Positions 38,950 to 51,808 of a stretch of 64,000 nucleotides of DNA are shown piece by piece. The stretch covers positions 49,104,001 through 49,168,000 of the forward strand of contig OX597821.1 in the NCBI GenBank assembly GCA_951406725.2, given 5' to 3'. The stretch comes from Octopus vulgaris. Its lineage: Eukaryota. Below the pieces are notes generated by a model. It saw only the letters and a program-made list of their open reading frames with translations, was not told where the DNA came from and searched no databases. Position numbers and translations under genes: made by a program. Positions within the stretch are counted from its first letter, which is position 1, and each line of letters opens with the position of its first letter.

Positions 38950-39788
38950 ATAATAAATATAAGAAAGCCATTTTGTGTATGTGGCAACATCATTTAGAAA
39001 TAAGTTTACCCTCAGTTTCTTAATAATTTTGAGGATCTTGAATCACTAAAAGAAAATGCACAAAAAGAAACAAAAGAAACTGTAAGCCTGGCAAATGAAT
39101 TGAATCTAAACATGCCGGCAAATAATGTAGACAAGCTGCTTCAATCACATAGTGACAAACTCACCAATGAATACATTGTAATGCAAGAGCAGGCAACAAT
39201 AGAAGAGGAAAAGGTCACAGTTGATGAAACGTCAGTTAATGTTTTCATGTTGAAAGAACTTGCAGAAACATTTCAACATTCAGATAAAGGCTTGGAAACT
39301 TTTCAAGCGCAAGATTTAAATTTTGAATGAAGTGCAAAAGTTTCTATGACCATAACAAAGCTTCTGAATGTTACTGAGAAATTTATAGAGAGCGAAGAAA
39401 AGCTTCTAAGCAAATATCTCTAGATTTGTTTTTTAAAAAGAAATCTACAAATCCGTCTAAGAGTGCTTGTGAATTGGCGATTGCATCTACAAATGATGGT
39501 GTGTGCGAGTCTAGCGCAAGTGAAAGTGATTCAGAAAACAATTATTATATTTTTTATTATAAATGATCTTGACATTCTTAACTTTACATAAAATATTCTT
39601 CACATTCTACTGTTGTTTTATTGCCATTTATCTATGAATATTATAAATTTTATAGGTACAACATTTTTCTGGGGATGAATTACGAGTTATAACATTGCTA
39701 CTATGGGAAATTATTGCTCTGCTTTACAAGTTTTCACTTTATGAGTGGTCTCCGGGAACAAACTAACTTGTATATCGAGGCATTACTG
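38950..39788 (+). mobile_element. Tigger/pogo-like 3' fragment
   Basis: ORF 39100-39330 VDKLLQSHSDKLTNE..ELAETF..D.NFE; end GTATATCGAGGCATTACTG resembles a Tigger TIR. Confidence 0.6.
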
Positions 39789-39819
39789 CGTGTGTGTTTA
39801 TGTATGTATGTATGTATGT

Positions 39820-40010
39820 ATCATCATCATCGTTTAATGTCCACTTTCCATGCTAGCATGGGTTGGACGGTTTGACTGAAGTCTGGGAAGCCAGGAGGCT
39901 GCACCAGGCCCAGTCTGATCTGGCAGTGTTTCTACAGCTGGATGCCCTTCCTAACGCCAACCACTCCGTGAGTGTAGTGGGTGCTTTCTACGTGCCAGGC
40001 AAGGCTGGCA
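39820..40010 (-). mobile_element. RTE-family 3' end
   Basis: (CAT)n-CGTTTAATGTCC..CCTAACGCCAACCACTCCG. Confidence 0.8.
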
Positions 40011-40229
40011 TACACATCTCCACAAGCTTGGAAATTTAAGTAGCATGGAATCCAAATCAAACTGTTTTGATCCATACATGTAACTCCAAATAAATGCATT
40101 GAGTGCCCTTTCTTTCATTTGTTCACTCACTCGTGAGTGAGTGTATATGTATGTGTGTGTGTGCGTGCGCGCGCGTGTAAATATATATATACATAGATAT
40201 ATATATATTTATACACACACACACACAAA

Positions 40230-41385
40230 AGATGTCTCTCTTTCTGAAACAGCTCAATGTATTGGTAAACAGTCAATGGCATTGGCGAACACAGATTAAA
40301 GTCACAGTTGAGTAAAAGTTAATTTACACAGAGGACTAGAAAGCCATCTAAGTATTGGAAAAGAGTTCCCTGTATCATGATTCGTACTGGGTATCAAAAT
40401 GCCAACATCATGATTGTTGCTCAATGTTTTGTGAACACTGTAAAGGTTATAAGATGCAAACGGACAGTTGTAACAGGAAGGGACAAAGCAGGCATTCTGA
40501 CATCAAAATTCATCCAACAACTACTGCAGGACAAGCTGATGGAAGATCCAAGCAATCTGGGCTATTGGAGTTGCCATTATGAAGCTGATTCTGAATGAGG
40601 ACATTCACAACAACTTGTACAAGAAGCACAAGGGACAAATTCTGACAGCCAAGGAGAAGTGCTCGATAAAGGAAAAGAAGCTTCTGAACAAGCTGAGGAA
40701 TCCTTTTGAGCCAAGGATTATCTGGTTCTTCTCAGATGAGAACTTACGCCAGGACCAGTTGCTCAACACCCACAATAGGTGGCTTACCGACAATCCATGT
40801 GATGTCCCACATATCATGAAAACCAAGTTCCCCCCAAACTGTGATGGTCATTGGATGTGTCTCCTATGAGAGTGATGTCATGCCACCCCACTTGTTTGAA
40901 CAGAAACTTAGGCTCAATTCAGACAGCCATGTGAAGCTGCTGGAGACTGTGGTCAAACCCTGGCTGGAGAAGGTTACTGCTGGAAGGGCATATGTATGGC
41001 AGCAGGATTCAGCTTCTTGGCATACCTCCAGAAAGAGTCAGAAGTGGTTGTTGGAGAATTTCTATGACTTCAGCAGCCCCAATTTTTGGCTTCCTAAATC
41101 CTGATTCGAATCCCCATGGCAAGGGTTGCAACTGAAAGACACAAATCGCTCTGCCTACAAGATCTGTCCAAGATGAAGGAGGTGTTCAAAAGCTTTCTCA
41201 GGAACAGTGAGGAACACACGCACTAGGTTCTGAAGCTCTCTTAACATATTAGTGAAAGCTGAGGGTGGCTCCTTTGAATAGCCATAATCTAGTTGATATT
41301 TTCTGACTTTTAAAATGCTTTATTTTTGGATGGGATATTGAGATTTTCTTTTCTTCTATGCAAAGTCAAAGTTATCCCAAATATC
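40230..41385 (+). mobile_element. maT (DD37D-type) Tc1/mariner relic
   Basis: IIWFFSDE, VMVIGCVS..MPPHLF, VWQQDSASWHTS..FWLP in frameshifted ORFs 40377-41104. Confidence 0.75.
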
Positions 41386-41772
41386 GTGTGTGTGTGTGTA
41401 TCATCATTATCATTGTTTAACGTCTGCCTTCCATATAGGCATGGGTTGGACGGTTTGCAGTATTGAGGTCTATGACATAACACAAGATGTGCATCATAAA
41501 ACTTCCTAGTTAGATTCAATTTGGCTTACACATTCAAATTGAGAAATGATACCGAAATGATAACTAACTTAATTAAGTAGGTTTACGGTTACACAGTATG
41601 GATGTAATAATAGTCAACACTGTCAAGAGTTGAATAGAAAATGTAAAGGGATGTAACAAAAGATGCTCCACTTCTAAAAACTTAAATAAGATCACCATTA
41701 AATCACAATAGTAAAACTACGTAACAGAAAGAGCAAAGCCAAAATGTGAATCGACTGTGGAAAGCTGCTTAA

Positions 41773-41987
41773 CCCTTTCATTACCATCCCTGAAACCAAC
41801 TCTGACTGAGTACAAATGTCTTGTTTTCTTAAGTCTTGAATTAAAATCTTCCACCAAACCTTAGTCACAATTTATGTTCCTAACACTAGCTGAATGATAA
41901 CTAAGTTATTTTACTAAATTCTTTGTTATACTTAAAATAATTGAAACAAACTCAGAGCATCTCAAAATAAATACAGTAACAAAAGGG
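41773..41987. mobile_element. piggyBac-type MITE
   Basis: TTAA-CCCTTT...AAAGGG-TTAA; near-identical copy at 57328-57547. Confidence 0.88.
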
Positions 41988-43051
41988 TTAAACATGAAAA
42001 ACAAACCAGAACATTCTTTTAACTATTAAATTCTTGTACATGTCTACACATCACCATGTATGTTATACTATTATAGTTCAGTTCATGTAAACAATAGTGG
42101 AAATTCAGAAATAAATCAAGATTGGAACCTGATACAGCCATCTGGTTCGCCAGCCCTCAGTCAAAATCGTCCAACCCATGCTAGCATGGAAAGCAGACGT
42201 TAAACGGTGATGATGAAAGTTTGAGTTAAAATGTTCACTAATCATTCTTTGAGTGACCACTTTGATTAATTGATGAAGTTATGGTAGACAAGGATTTTGA
42301 GATGATAACCAGAGTGATATATTTATTTGTTTATTTCATGCAAATAGAACGTTGTGATCGGATTTTCCCTCAAATTGACTTGAACAAAAGATTACTTGAA
42401 GAATGATTGGATACTGAACCTTTTGCAAGTATCATTGGTCCAAAAATACCTTAAGGACTTGATGTGAAATCTGTTGAATATTTTTCAAGGAGTTTTGATT
42501 GGTATTATTGCATAACAAACTAACTTATATGTGAAAAAAAAAAAAAGGATCAGATATGTTGATCAAATTCAAGCATACCTGGATCTGTTATTTCTGAGGG
42601 TGTAACTCAGATTACCTGTAAATTTCATAAGCTGCAAAAGGGTCAGAGGAAACATTTTTTTGTATGATGTTTGTATGTCCATGAATTATTAATGATTGCA
42701 TTTATTACTAACATCTTCCTTTTCACGCTGTCTTTATGAGTGTATCTGCTTTTTAGTTATGTCATTAACAACCACACATACATAAGATTATTTTTGGCAC
42801 AAATTATTATTTATATTAAAATAAACTAAATCTTTTCTGCAATACTAGAAATTTTCATAGTACTCTGACCACAAGTAAAAACACTATAAACATTTGAATA
42901 GACAAACCCATTTTTAGTTATTCTCTGCTCAATGATTACAAGACTGAGTTTTGGCTTAGAAACTTTCCAACAGGATGTTCAAAGCTAAATATATTCTCAA
43001 ACATCAGAGACATTAACAATTCAAGATTTATTTACAAATGCTAAAGCTTAC

Positions 43052-43121
43052 CTTCTGCTTATTTTCCTGCAACCTTTTTCCAAACTGCTTCTGCCATTTC
43101 CGCAGCTGTCTCTGACGATCC
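43052..43121 (-). CDS. EIF3D: eIF3d coding exon 5
   Basis: tag| DRQRQLRKWQKQFGKRLQENKQK |gtaagc; phase matches neighbours. Confidence 0.93.
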
Positions 43122-43657
43122 CTAGAAGAATAAAGTCAAAATCATTATTTGGGAAAGAACTTCCAGTACCGTATATATTGTTATATTCCTTAATAATCCA
43201 AACAATCTTTAGTTACATTTTTGAATAAACTAATGTCTATATTTGTTAATAAATCAAGGAATATATGTCAACATCACTACTCATTTATAAAATAGAGAGC
43301 TAAGTCTCCTGTCAAGTAGGTGAGTGTCTGAGCACAACACTTTACCCCACGTACCCCAATTCATATGTAAGTCTCATTACAATACACTGACCACTCACGA
43401 GGAAGATTTTTCTTCAACATATAGCTGTATGAGAAGTAGTCTAAGTAGGACATATCATCAAGATTGGAGATGAGATCTGGGCGGTAAAAGCTTGTAAGCT
43501 TTTAATGAGCAGAAGTAAAAGAAGGGAAAAGTAGTTGAATACAAATGAAACTAATCAGAGTTGACTACAAAAAAGTACTGAAACATGTATTGATAATTAT
43601 AGACAATATAATCATTTTAGAAATCAAAACAGACAGTATGTTAAAATAACTTCTTAC

Positions 43658-43746
43658 CTTTCACGACTTTTTTGGGTTTTTGACAGAGTTTGCATATTAA
43701 GAGAAGCCTGTTGTTGACGCCTCTCTCTCTCTCTTCGCTGTTTATG
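43658..43746 (-). CDS. EIF3D: eIF3d coding exon 4
   Basis: cag| HKQRRERERRQQQASLNMQTLSKTQKSRE(R) |gtaaga. Confidence 0.9.
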
Positions 43747-45299
43747 CTGCAAGTAATAATAATTGTTTCTGATTTAGGCACAAAGCTAGCAATTTTGAGG
43801 GGATTAGTCGAATACTTGACTGGTACTTTATTTTATTGACCTCAAAAGGATGAAAGGCAAAGTTGACCTCGGTAGGATTTGAATTCAGAATGTAAGGAAC
43901 ATGAACAAATACTGCAGGACATTTTGTCCTATGCTCTAATTTTGTCAATCCACAATCACTACAAGTAATAATAATAATTCTTTCTACTAAAGACACAAGG
44001 CTTGAAATTTGTGGGGAGGGGACTAGTCGACCGTATTGACCAAACCCAATGCTCTGGCATGATTTCTGCAGCCTCATATCCTTCCAAACACCAACTACTT
44101 TACAGAGTGTACTGGATGCTTTTTCATGACACTTGCATTAGTGATGTTGTCAAATAACTCACAAGACAAGAACCCTCAAATGAATGGGGGTACAGTATTG
44201 AGAAGGGGTAGTTTTCACATTCTACAATGCAATGTTAAGAAGAAATTCTCAAATTTGGGTAGTTGAGATTTCCATTCCCAACACTCAAGCTAACAGTCTG
44301 GATGTTACTACATTATCAGTAATAAAAAGCTTGATAATAGTAGTAGCAGCAATCTGTTAGAATTAATACTGCACCTATAGCTAAATGCAGAAGCAAAAGT
44401 AGTAGTAGCTGTTAAAAATTACTACAATTTTACATGGCTACACATTCAATTGATCCTAATAGTTATAACTCTGGTTATAAGATATTTTGGAGTCTTTTTC
44501 TGTTTGGCTTTCATTTTCCATTCCTTTAATTTTGTTCCAGTTGATTTCAAATTTGGTGCATTGATGTAGTTTTGTATACTAATTATGGAAATGAAATTCA
44601 TTTTTGATGTAAATTGATAAATAAAAAGTTAATAGCTTTCAATATTTGCAAATTTTGGGTAATTTTAGTCAATGGTAAACCACAATCACAGTGATGCCTG
44701 TTCCCATAGTAACAAACCAAGCTATTGTCTGCTTAAAACTACAACTACATACCCACATTGTGAACTTTCATTCTTGAATTTTTGCTACAAAAACATTTTT
44801 TTTTTCAAATTTGGTATATTGAATTTGATTTTGTTATTCACTTGTTCCAGAAAAATTTCAGAAAAATGTTCACTAAAAGTATCTTACAGTTTTTTTTTTA
44901 ATCTAACATATAGTTTCTTTGTATTTTTTGGCAAAAAAAACAAATTTCATTCAGGATATTTTCTTTTTATATTGCCTGTTCCAACATTTCACATGACTTA
45001 ATTCATTTAAACTTATTACAACTTCAAAACTTTTTACAACTTTTGTCATCATAATATATTGCTTCCAAATCCTGTTTTCTAATTAGGTAAAAATAATCCA
45101 AATTTAAACTTCTGTAACATTTTTTTTAAATTCTTCTGGAACAAGTGAACATCAGATTCAGCATGAAAAATTACATCAATAAAGCAAGTTTGAAAATTTT
45201 CACTTAATTTCAATAAGATACCTATAATAAAAATATTGACTATATAGACGTAGCATGGTTGTGTGGTAAGAAGCTTGCTTCCCAACTACATGGTTCTGG

Positions 45300-48200
45300 G
45301 TGATTTTACATGCCACTGGCACGAGGGCAAATCAGGCAGTACTGGCAACAACCACACTCAAATGGTGTTTTTTTACGTGCCACCAGCAAAGGAGCCAGTC
45401 AGCAGCCCTGGCAACGTTCACACTCGGATGGTGCTTTTAATGTTCCACTGGCATAAGTGCCAATCAGGCGGTACTGTCATCGGCCACATCAACGATTTTG
45501 ATTTCACTTGCCTCAACAGGTCTTTGCAAGCAAATTTTCTTGTCCAATGAATGAAGGGTACTTATAAGTGGGCTGGTTATACACCACTGGCATAGGCCAC
45601 GGGTGATGGTCTCACTTGGCTTGTGGGGTCTTCTCAAGCACAGTGTATCTCCAAAGGTCTCAGTCACTAGTTATTGCCTCAGTGAGACCCAATGTTCAAA
45701 GGTCGTGCTTCACCACCTCATTCCAGGTTCCTTCAACTGCTAGGGTGTGACACTTTTTCACACAGCTGTTCTCATCCATTCGCCACACATGACCATACCA
45801 GTGCAGTCGTCTCTCTTGCACACCATATCTGATGCTTCTTAAGTCCAACTTTTCTCTCAGGGCACTTACACTCTATTGTGTATGCACACTGACATTACAC
45901 ATCCACCAAAGCATACTGGCTTCATTCCTTGCAAGCTTATGCATGTCCTCAGCAGTCACAGCCCATGTTTCACAGCCATGTAGCATGGCTGTTCGTACAT
46001 GTGTCATACATTCTTTTACTCTGAGCGAGAGGCCCTTTGTCACCAGCAGAGGTAGGAACTCTCTGAACTTTGCCCAGGTTATTATTAAAGCAGCTACAAT
46101 TTCAGAGCATCCACCTCTGCTACTGACTTGGTCACCCAGGTAACAGAAGCTATCAACTACTACTAGTTTTTCTCCTTGGAATGTGACAGAAGCTGTTCTC
46201 TGCACATCTATTGCTCCTGAGCATTTGCCACATACAAAAACTATCTTCCCAGTTAGCCTTCCTTTGATATTGCTGCATCTCTTATGTGTTCATAGCTTAC
46301 ACTGGGTACATCTTATGGAGTTTCTACCTACACTTTTTCTACAGGTAGAGCAGGGCCATCTACCCGAAGAGATTTGTGGTACGTCTGCCTTCCTACTTAT
46401 CATGACTTTGGTTTTAGCTAGGTTGACTAACACCCTTCGATTCTAATCCTTGTTTCCACACCTGAAACTTTTCCTCTAGTTCTGATAGTAACTCAGCAAT
46501 TAGAGCAAGGTCATCAGCATAAAGGAGGTCCCAGGGGCATTCTGTCTTGAATTTCTTTGTTATTGCTTGGAGGACTATGATGAGTAAGAGGGGGCTGGGG
46601 ACTGATCCCTGGTGGATCCCTACCCAGAATTCTTCACTGTACTCATTGCCAACCCTCACCTTACTTACAGCATCCCTGTACATGGCTCGCACAGCTCTCA
46701 CTAACCATTCATCTATCCCTAGTTTCCTCATTGACCACTAGATAAGGGATCGGGGGACCCTGTCGAAGGCTTTCTCCATGTCAACAAAAGCCAGGTACAG
46801 GGGCTTATCTTTGGCTAGGTATTTCTCCTGCAGCTACCTTACCAGGAATATAGCATCAGTGGTGCTTTTCCCTGACACGAACCCAAACTGCATCTCATCT
46901 AAACTAACTCTCTCTCTAATTAGTTAGGCTATGACCCTCTCTGTAACCTTCATTACCTGATCCAACAGCTTGATACCTCTGTAATTATTTGTATCTAGGG
47001 CGTCACCTTTACCTTTGTAGCAGTTGACTATTATGCTGCTACACCAGTCATTGGGTATGACTTCATGTATCACCTGGTTGACTATATGAGTGTCTAGGCT
47101 ATAGCCAACACCACCAGATTATTTTGATCATCTCTGCAGTTATTCCCGATGGGCCAGGGGCTTTCCCTGTCTTCATACCCTTAATTGTTCATCTACCAAG
47201 GTACTGTCAATTCAGATAGCTGGTCCCTCTGTTGGATCAACATTCAGCAGACTCTCTTTCTCCCATTCATTCTCTTTATTCATATAGTGGTGTCTCCAAA
47301 CTTGTCTCTTTGCAGCTTCATTTAATGCAAGTGAACCATCATCCATGCGGACACATTTCTCTCCTACATCACGATTCTCTCTCACACACTGTCTTGCAAC
47401 ACAAAATACCTCAAACCTTTGGTCCTCATGGTGCAGAACATCTTATCTGCTTCCCCACTGGCTAAATAAACCTGTCTCTTAGCTTCCCTTCTGATAGTCT
47501 GACACAATTCCCTGCTACCACCATTCTTCCAGTCCATCCAAGCCTGTTTCTTTTCCTTAATGGCCCTGTCAACAACATTGTTCCACCACCACGTTACCTT
47601 GGGTGGAGAGGAGCATTTGCACCATCCACAGATCTGGTCAGTGGCCCTCAACAGGTTGTCCCGTAGGAACCTCCAGTTGTCTTCCACATCATGTAATGCT
47701 ATATCCTCCTATATTTTGTCAAAAGCTTTGAGTAATAGGTCTCTAAATCTCTGTCCATTTGCAGGATCTTTAAGCTTCCAGACCCTTCTCCTCCATGCTG
47801 GTCATCTTCTGGGCGTCCATTCAGCCCCGAAACTGAAGTCACTAACTATTAGTCTATGTTGTGGGGTACATTCTTCGCCTGGGAAGGTTTTGGCATTTAA
47901 AGCAGCCATCATTATTTCCTTTTTCTGGTGAAAATGTGGTCAATTTGGCTAGTATGTCTGCCAAATCCGTAGGTGACTAGATGACTGGCAGGTTTTCTGA
48001 AGTTAGTATTGCAAACCAAAAGATCATTTGCATCGCAGAACTCCAGCAACCTGGTTCCTTCCTCGTTGTGGGAATCAAAACCATGGCCTCCATGTACACC
48101 ACAGATGCCCCCTGCATGTTGCCCAACAAGTCCATTGAAGTCACCAGCCACAAAGAGAAGGTCCCTGTCATTTGTCAACAAGGTAGTCAGCAAGAGGGTG

Positions 48201-48372
48201 TCATAAAATCGATCTTTCTGTCCATCAGGTAGCCCCGGCTGAGGGGCATAGGCCGATATAATGGTTGCTAACCCATGATGTAGCACTAATCTAATCTTAA
48301 ATATTCTATTGCAGACTGACTTCCTTGATTACCTTATCAATCCATTTCTCCGAAAGAAGAATACCCACGCCC
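45300..48372 (-). mobile_element. Long defective RTE LINE (APE endonuclease + RT), inserted between head and tail of a SINE
   Basis: IISAYAPQ..AGDFNG..NTNFRK..QIDHI (47912-48286); GIHQGSVPSPLL..LLYADDLALIAE (46414-46731); VVDSFCYLG; SINE head at 45246-45299 and SINE tail at 48375-48605 on plus strand. Confidence 0.93.
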
Positions 48373-48908
48373 TTATATAGATATATATGCATGTGTGTGT
48401 ATGTGTTTGTCCCCCAACCATCACTTGACAGTCATGTTGGTGTGTTTATGTCCCTTTAACTTAGCGGTTTGGCAAAACAGTCTGACAGGATTTTAAGTAC
48501 TAGGCTTACAAAGATTAAGTCCTGGGGTCGATTTGTTCAACTAAAGGCAGTGCTCCAGCATGACCACAGTCAAATGACTGAAACAAGTAAAAGAATAAAA
48601 GAATATATGAAAAGAGAACTGTTTCTTCTATTACTACTACTAAAATGGCCTCTTCTATCAGCTTCACTATGTCACTAAACACTTCTGGTGTTCTTCTCCA
48701 CATCTAGACACCCTATCTACAAACACTGACCTACAAAGTATACATCAACCCTCATCAATGAAGATAGTAAGAAGGAAAATTTTCATGTGTACCACGGACA
48801 TATCTCCTCTAATTAACTTCACTGATCCCAGGTTTTAAACTTATGAAGAGAGGAATTAAAGCCAATACTCTACACTAATATTTGACAAATATCAAAGTAC
48901 CACCGAAC

Positions 48909-49048
48909 CTGTTGGAATGCACGCCGACCTCTCTGGTAGTTTGGTTTCTGTCCTTTAGAAGCATCTACCAACTGAAATGTGCTTTCATCTTCATCATGAA
49001 AGTAGGAATATTGGTTGCCACCAGTTCCAAAAGCTGAATTATACTTTC
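48909..49048 (-). CDS. EIF3D: eIF3d coding exon 3
   Basis: cag| (G)[46 protein letters not shown] |gttcgg. Confidence 0.95.
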
Positions 49049-50210
49049 CTGTTCAAGAAATTAGAAACAACAAAAACAAAGACATGAACTAAATTAACAT
49101 CCATTTTTCCATGCTGGCATAGATTACACTGAATTCAAATAGAAAAATTAGTGTTTTCTGTCTTAGGTAGTATAGTTCATAAGTTGGAAAATTTTAATTT
49201 TATTAGAAAAAGTAAAAGTAAGCATAATTCTATTGCAAATATTAACATGAAACTGATTCTAGGTTCATCCTGAACTTTTTAACATTACAATGGTTTACAG
49301 ATCCCTGTTGAGAACAATTGGTGAAAATTAGGTAATTGCAAATGGAACCATAAACATTTCAAATACTAGAAATTTCCATGCTAATCATGTGTATATAAAC
49401 ATATATTCATCCTACACAAGAAATTATATGCAGTCATCAGCCAATTCATTGAACCTGACCATAGTCTTCAATATAAAATGGTACTTTTAGATATGAGGCA
49501 TCAACTGGAAATAAATTGCATGTTGAATTCAGGTTCCTTTGTTGCAGTGAACATAGCCATTTTACTTTCTGTTAGTCAACTGCTTACACCAGGTCTATTA
49601 AGTTTTTAATTTCTCTTTCATTTTGATATGAAAAGGTCTTTATCCACAGTCATAGACATCAACTTAGTTCCAAAGAATAAAGGGTGTTCAAAAAAAAAAA
49701 AAAAAGCTAAATAAATAAAAGGACTTATACCACATACACTGGTGAAAATAAATTTAAGACCAATGATAAAAGTTCTATTTCTTACAAAATATTTTGTTAC
49801 TAACACCATACAAATTATTTATATCTTTTACACCTTATGCAAAATTTTTTTTTTTCGAATGATGCAGACAATAACTATTTTTATACAACTTGAAGAATTC
49901 TAAAGCTAAATTAATATAAGCATTTCAAATTTACTGGTAAAATTAGTTTAAGACTGTATCATTATAATTTTATTTAAAGCTTAAGATTGTAGCAAAAATG
50001 AGCAACAACTGATGCTGGTGTGTTTACATCCCCATAACTTAGCAGTTTGGCAAAAGACCCCGATAGAATAAGTACTAGGCTTACAAAGAATAAGTCCCAG
50101 GGCCGATTTGCTTCACTAAAAGGCGGTGCTCCAACATGGCCGCAGTCAAATGACTGAAACAAGTAAAAGAGAAAAGAGTATATATATATATATATAAATT
50201 AATAACATAC

Positions 50211-50256
50211 CTAAATATCTTTTATCTTGATAAGTGGCACCAGTCCAGTCAGATAC
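50211..50256 (-). CDS. EIF3D: eIF3d coding exon 2
   Basis: tag| VSDWTGATYQDKRYL(G) |gtatgt. Confidence 0.95.
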
Positions 50257-50607
50257 CTAATTAAAATATATAGACATAACATACAACAATTGAATATTAA
50301 ATATATGTAGTATTAATAGTGAACAGATATCAGAGAGAGATAACAACATTTTATTGTATCAATGGAAAACAGTATATTTTGACAGCATGTGAGATGCACT
50401 ACAATTTCAGCAACACATATTAAGAGAAATAAAGTTTCTAGTGCATTGAAATTTATGGGGGAACCAACTTCACATATAAGGGTATGGCATGACTTTCTGA
50501 GACACAATTGGGGAAAAAAGTGCATCTTATATGCTATCAAATACCAAGACAAGGAGAGACACATTATGCATGCACATATATACATATACATGACTATATT
50601 TTATATA

Positions 50608-50750
50608 TAGGCTCAGACATGGTTGTGAACTAAGTTGGCTTCTCAACCACACGGTTCTAGATTCAGTCCTATTGCGTGGCACTATAGCCCCCAAGCTGAC
50701 CAATGTCTCATGAGTGGATATGGTAGCCACAAACTGAAAGAAGTCCACCA
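50608..50750 (+). mobile_element. tRNA-derived SINE head
   Basis: CTCAACCACACGGTTCTAGATTCAGTCCTATTGCGTGGCAC..AAACTGAAAGAAG. Confidence 0.65.
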
Positions 50751-50867
50751 TATTTACCGCATATACTCGACTATAGTGCATGCGTGCTTTATTTTTTGGC
50801 AATCTTTCGTTTCTAGTAGATCTTTCCGTCGAAAGATTGCCAATTTTTTTTTGTATGTGTGTGCATG

Positions 50868-51258
50868 CTTGTTCAGCCATTTGACTGCAACCATGCAGGA
50901 GCACCACCTTTAGTCGAGCAAATCGACCCCAGGACAGGCACACACACATACACACACAGAGGAACAAGCATACACACACATAAGCCTAGTACTTATTCTA
51001 TCGGTCTCTTTTGCCGAACCGCTAAGTTACATGGACGTAAGCACACCACTATCGGTTGTCAAGCGATGTTGGGGAGACAAACAGACACACATACATATAT
51101 ACGACAGGCTACTTTCAGTTTCCGTCTACGAAATCCACTCACAAGGCTTTGATCCGCCCGAGGCTATAGTGGAATACACTTGCCCAAGGTGCTACGCAGT
51201 GGGAACGAACCTGAAACCATGTGGTTGGTAAGGAAGCTACTTACCACACAGCAACTCC
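50868..51258 (-). mobile_element. Near full-length tRNA-derived SINE
   Basis: Head GCTGTGTGGTAAGTAGCTTC..GGTTCGTTCCCACTGCG; internal microsatellites; tail GGTGCTCC..CAGTCAAATG shared with 48540 and 50120. Confidence 0.8.
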
Positions 51259-51519
51259 AAAAAATACTAATTTTTTTTTAAAGTTAAAAGGAAGCAGAGT
51301 CGAGTGCGTACCAACTTGTGTAGGAAACCCACCTTTTTTTGATAGCGGAAATTCCGAATTTACAAAAAAAAATTCGGCATTTCAAAATACTTTCTTGAGA
51401 CTCATTATGCCACCGAATACCCATAGTCCCTTTGCTTCTTTTACTATTCATCTCCCCCTTAATTTTTATTTTTTATAAACTAAACTGAACAATATATAAA
51501 TATATACATATATATATAT

Positions 51520-51745
51520 ATCATCATCATCATTTAACGTCCGCTTTCCATGCTAGCATGGGTTGGACGGTTCAACTGGGGTCTGTGAAGCCAGAAGGCC
51601 GCTTCAGGCCCAGTCTGATCTGGCAGTGCCGTAGAAACACTGGCAGATCAGACTGGGCCTGAAGCAGCCTTCTGGCTTCACAGACCCCAGTTGAACCGTC
51701 CAACCCATGCTAGCATGGAAAGCGGACGTTAAATGATGATGATAT
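51520..51745. repeat. Near-perfect palindrome of two RTE 3' ends (about 105-bp arms, 9-nt spacer)
   Basis: Arms ~51523-51628 and 51638-51743 are reverse complements with two mismatches; flanked by TA tracts. Confidence 0.95.
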
Positions 51746-51760
51746 ATATATGTATATATA

Positions 51761-51808
<48 letters not shown>

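Noticed and set aside
44440-45230. Possible DNA-transposon remnant (similar AT-rich segments at ~18150-18300 and ~60620-61110)
   Set aside because: No clear TIR pair or coding trace; cannot classify by eye
48896-48908. Alternative donors after eIF3d exon 3
   Set aside because: Nearby GT sites add 5 or 8 nt and break the frame with exon 4
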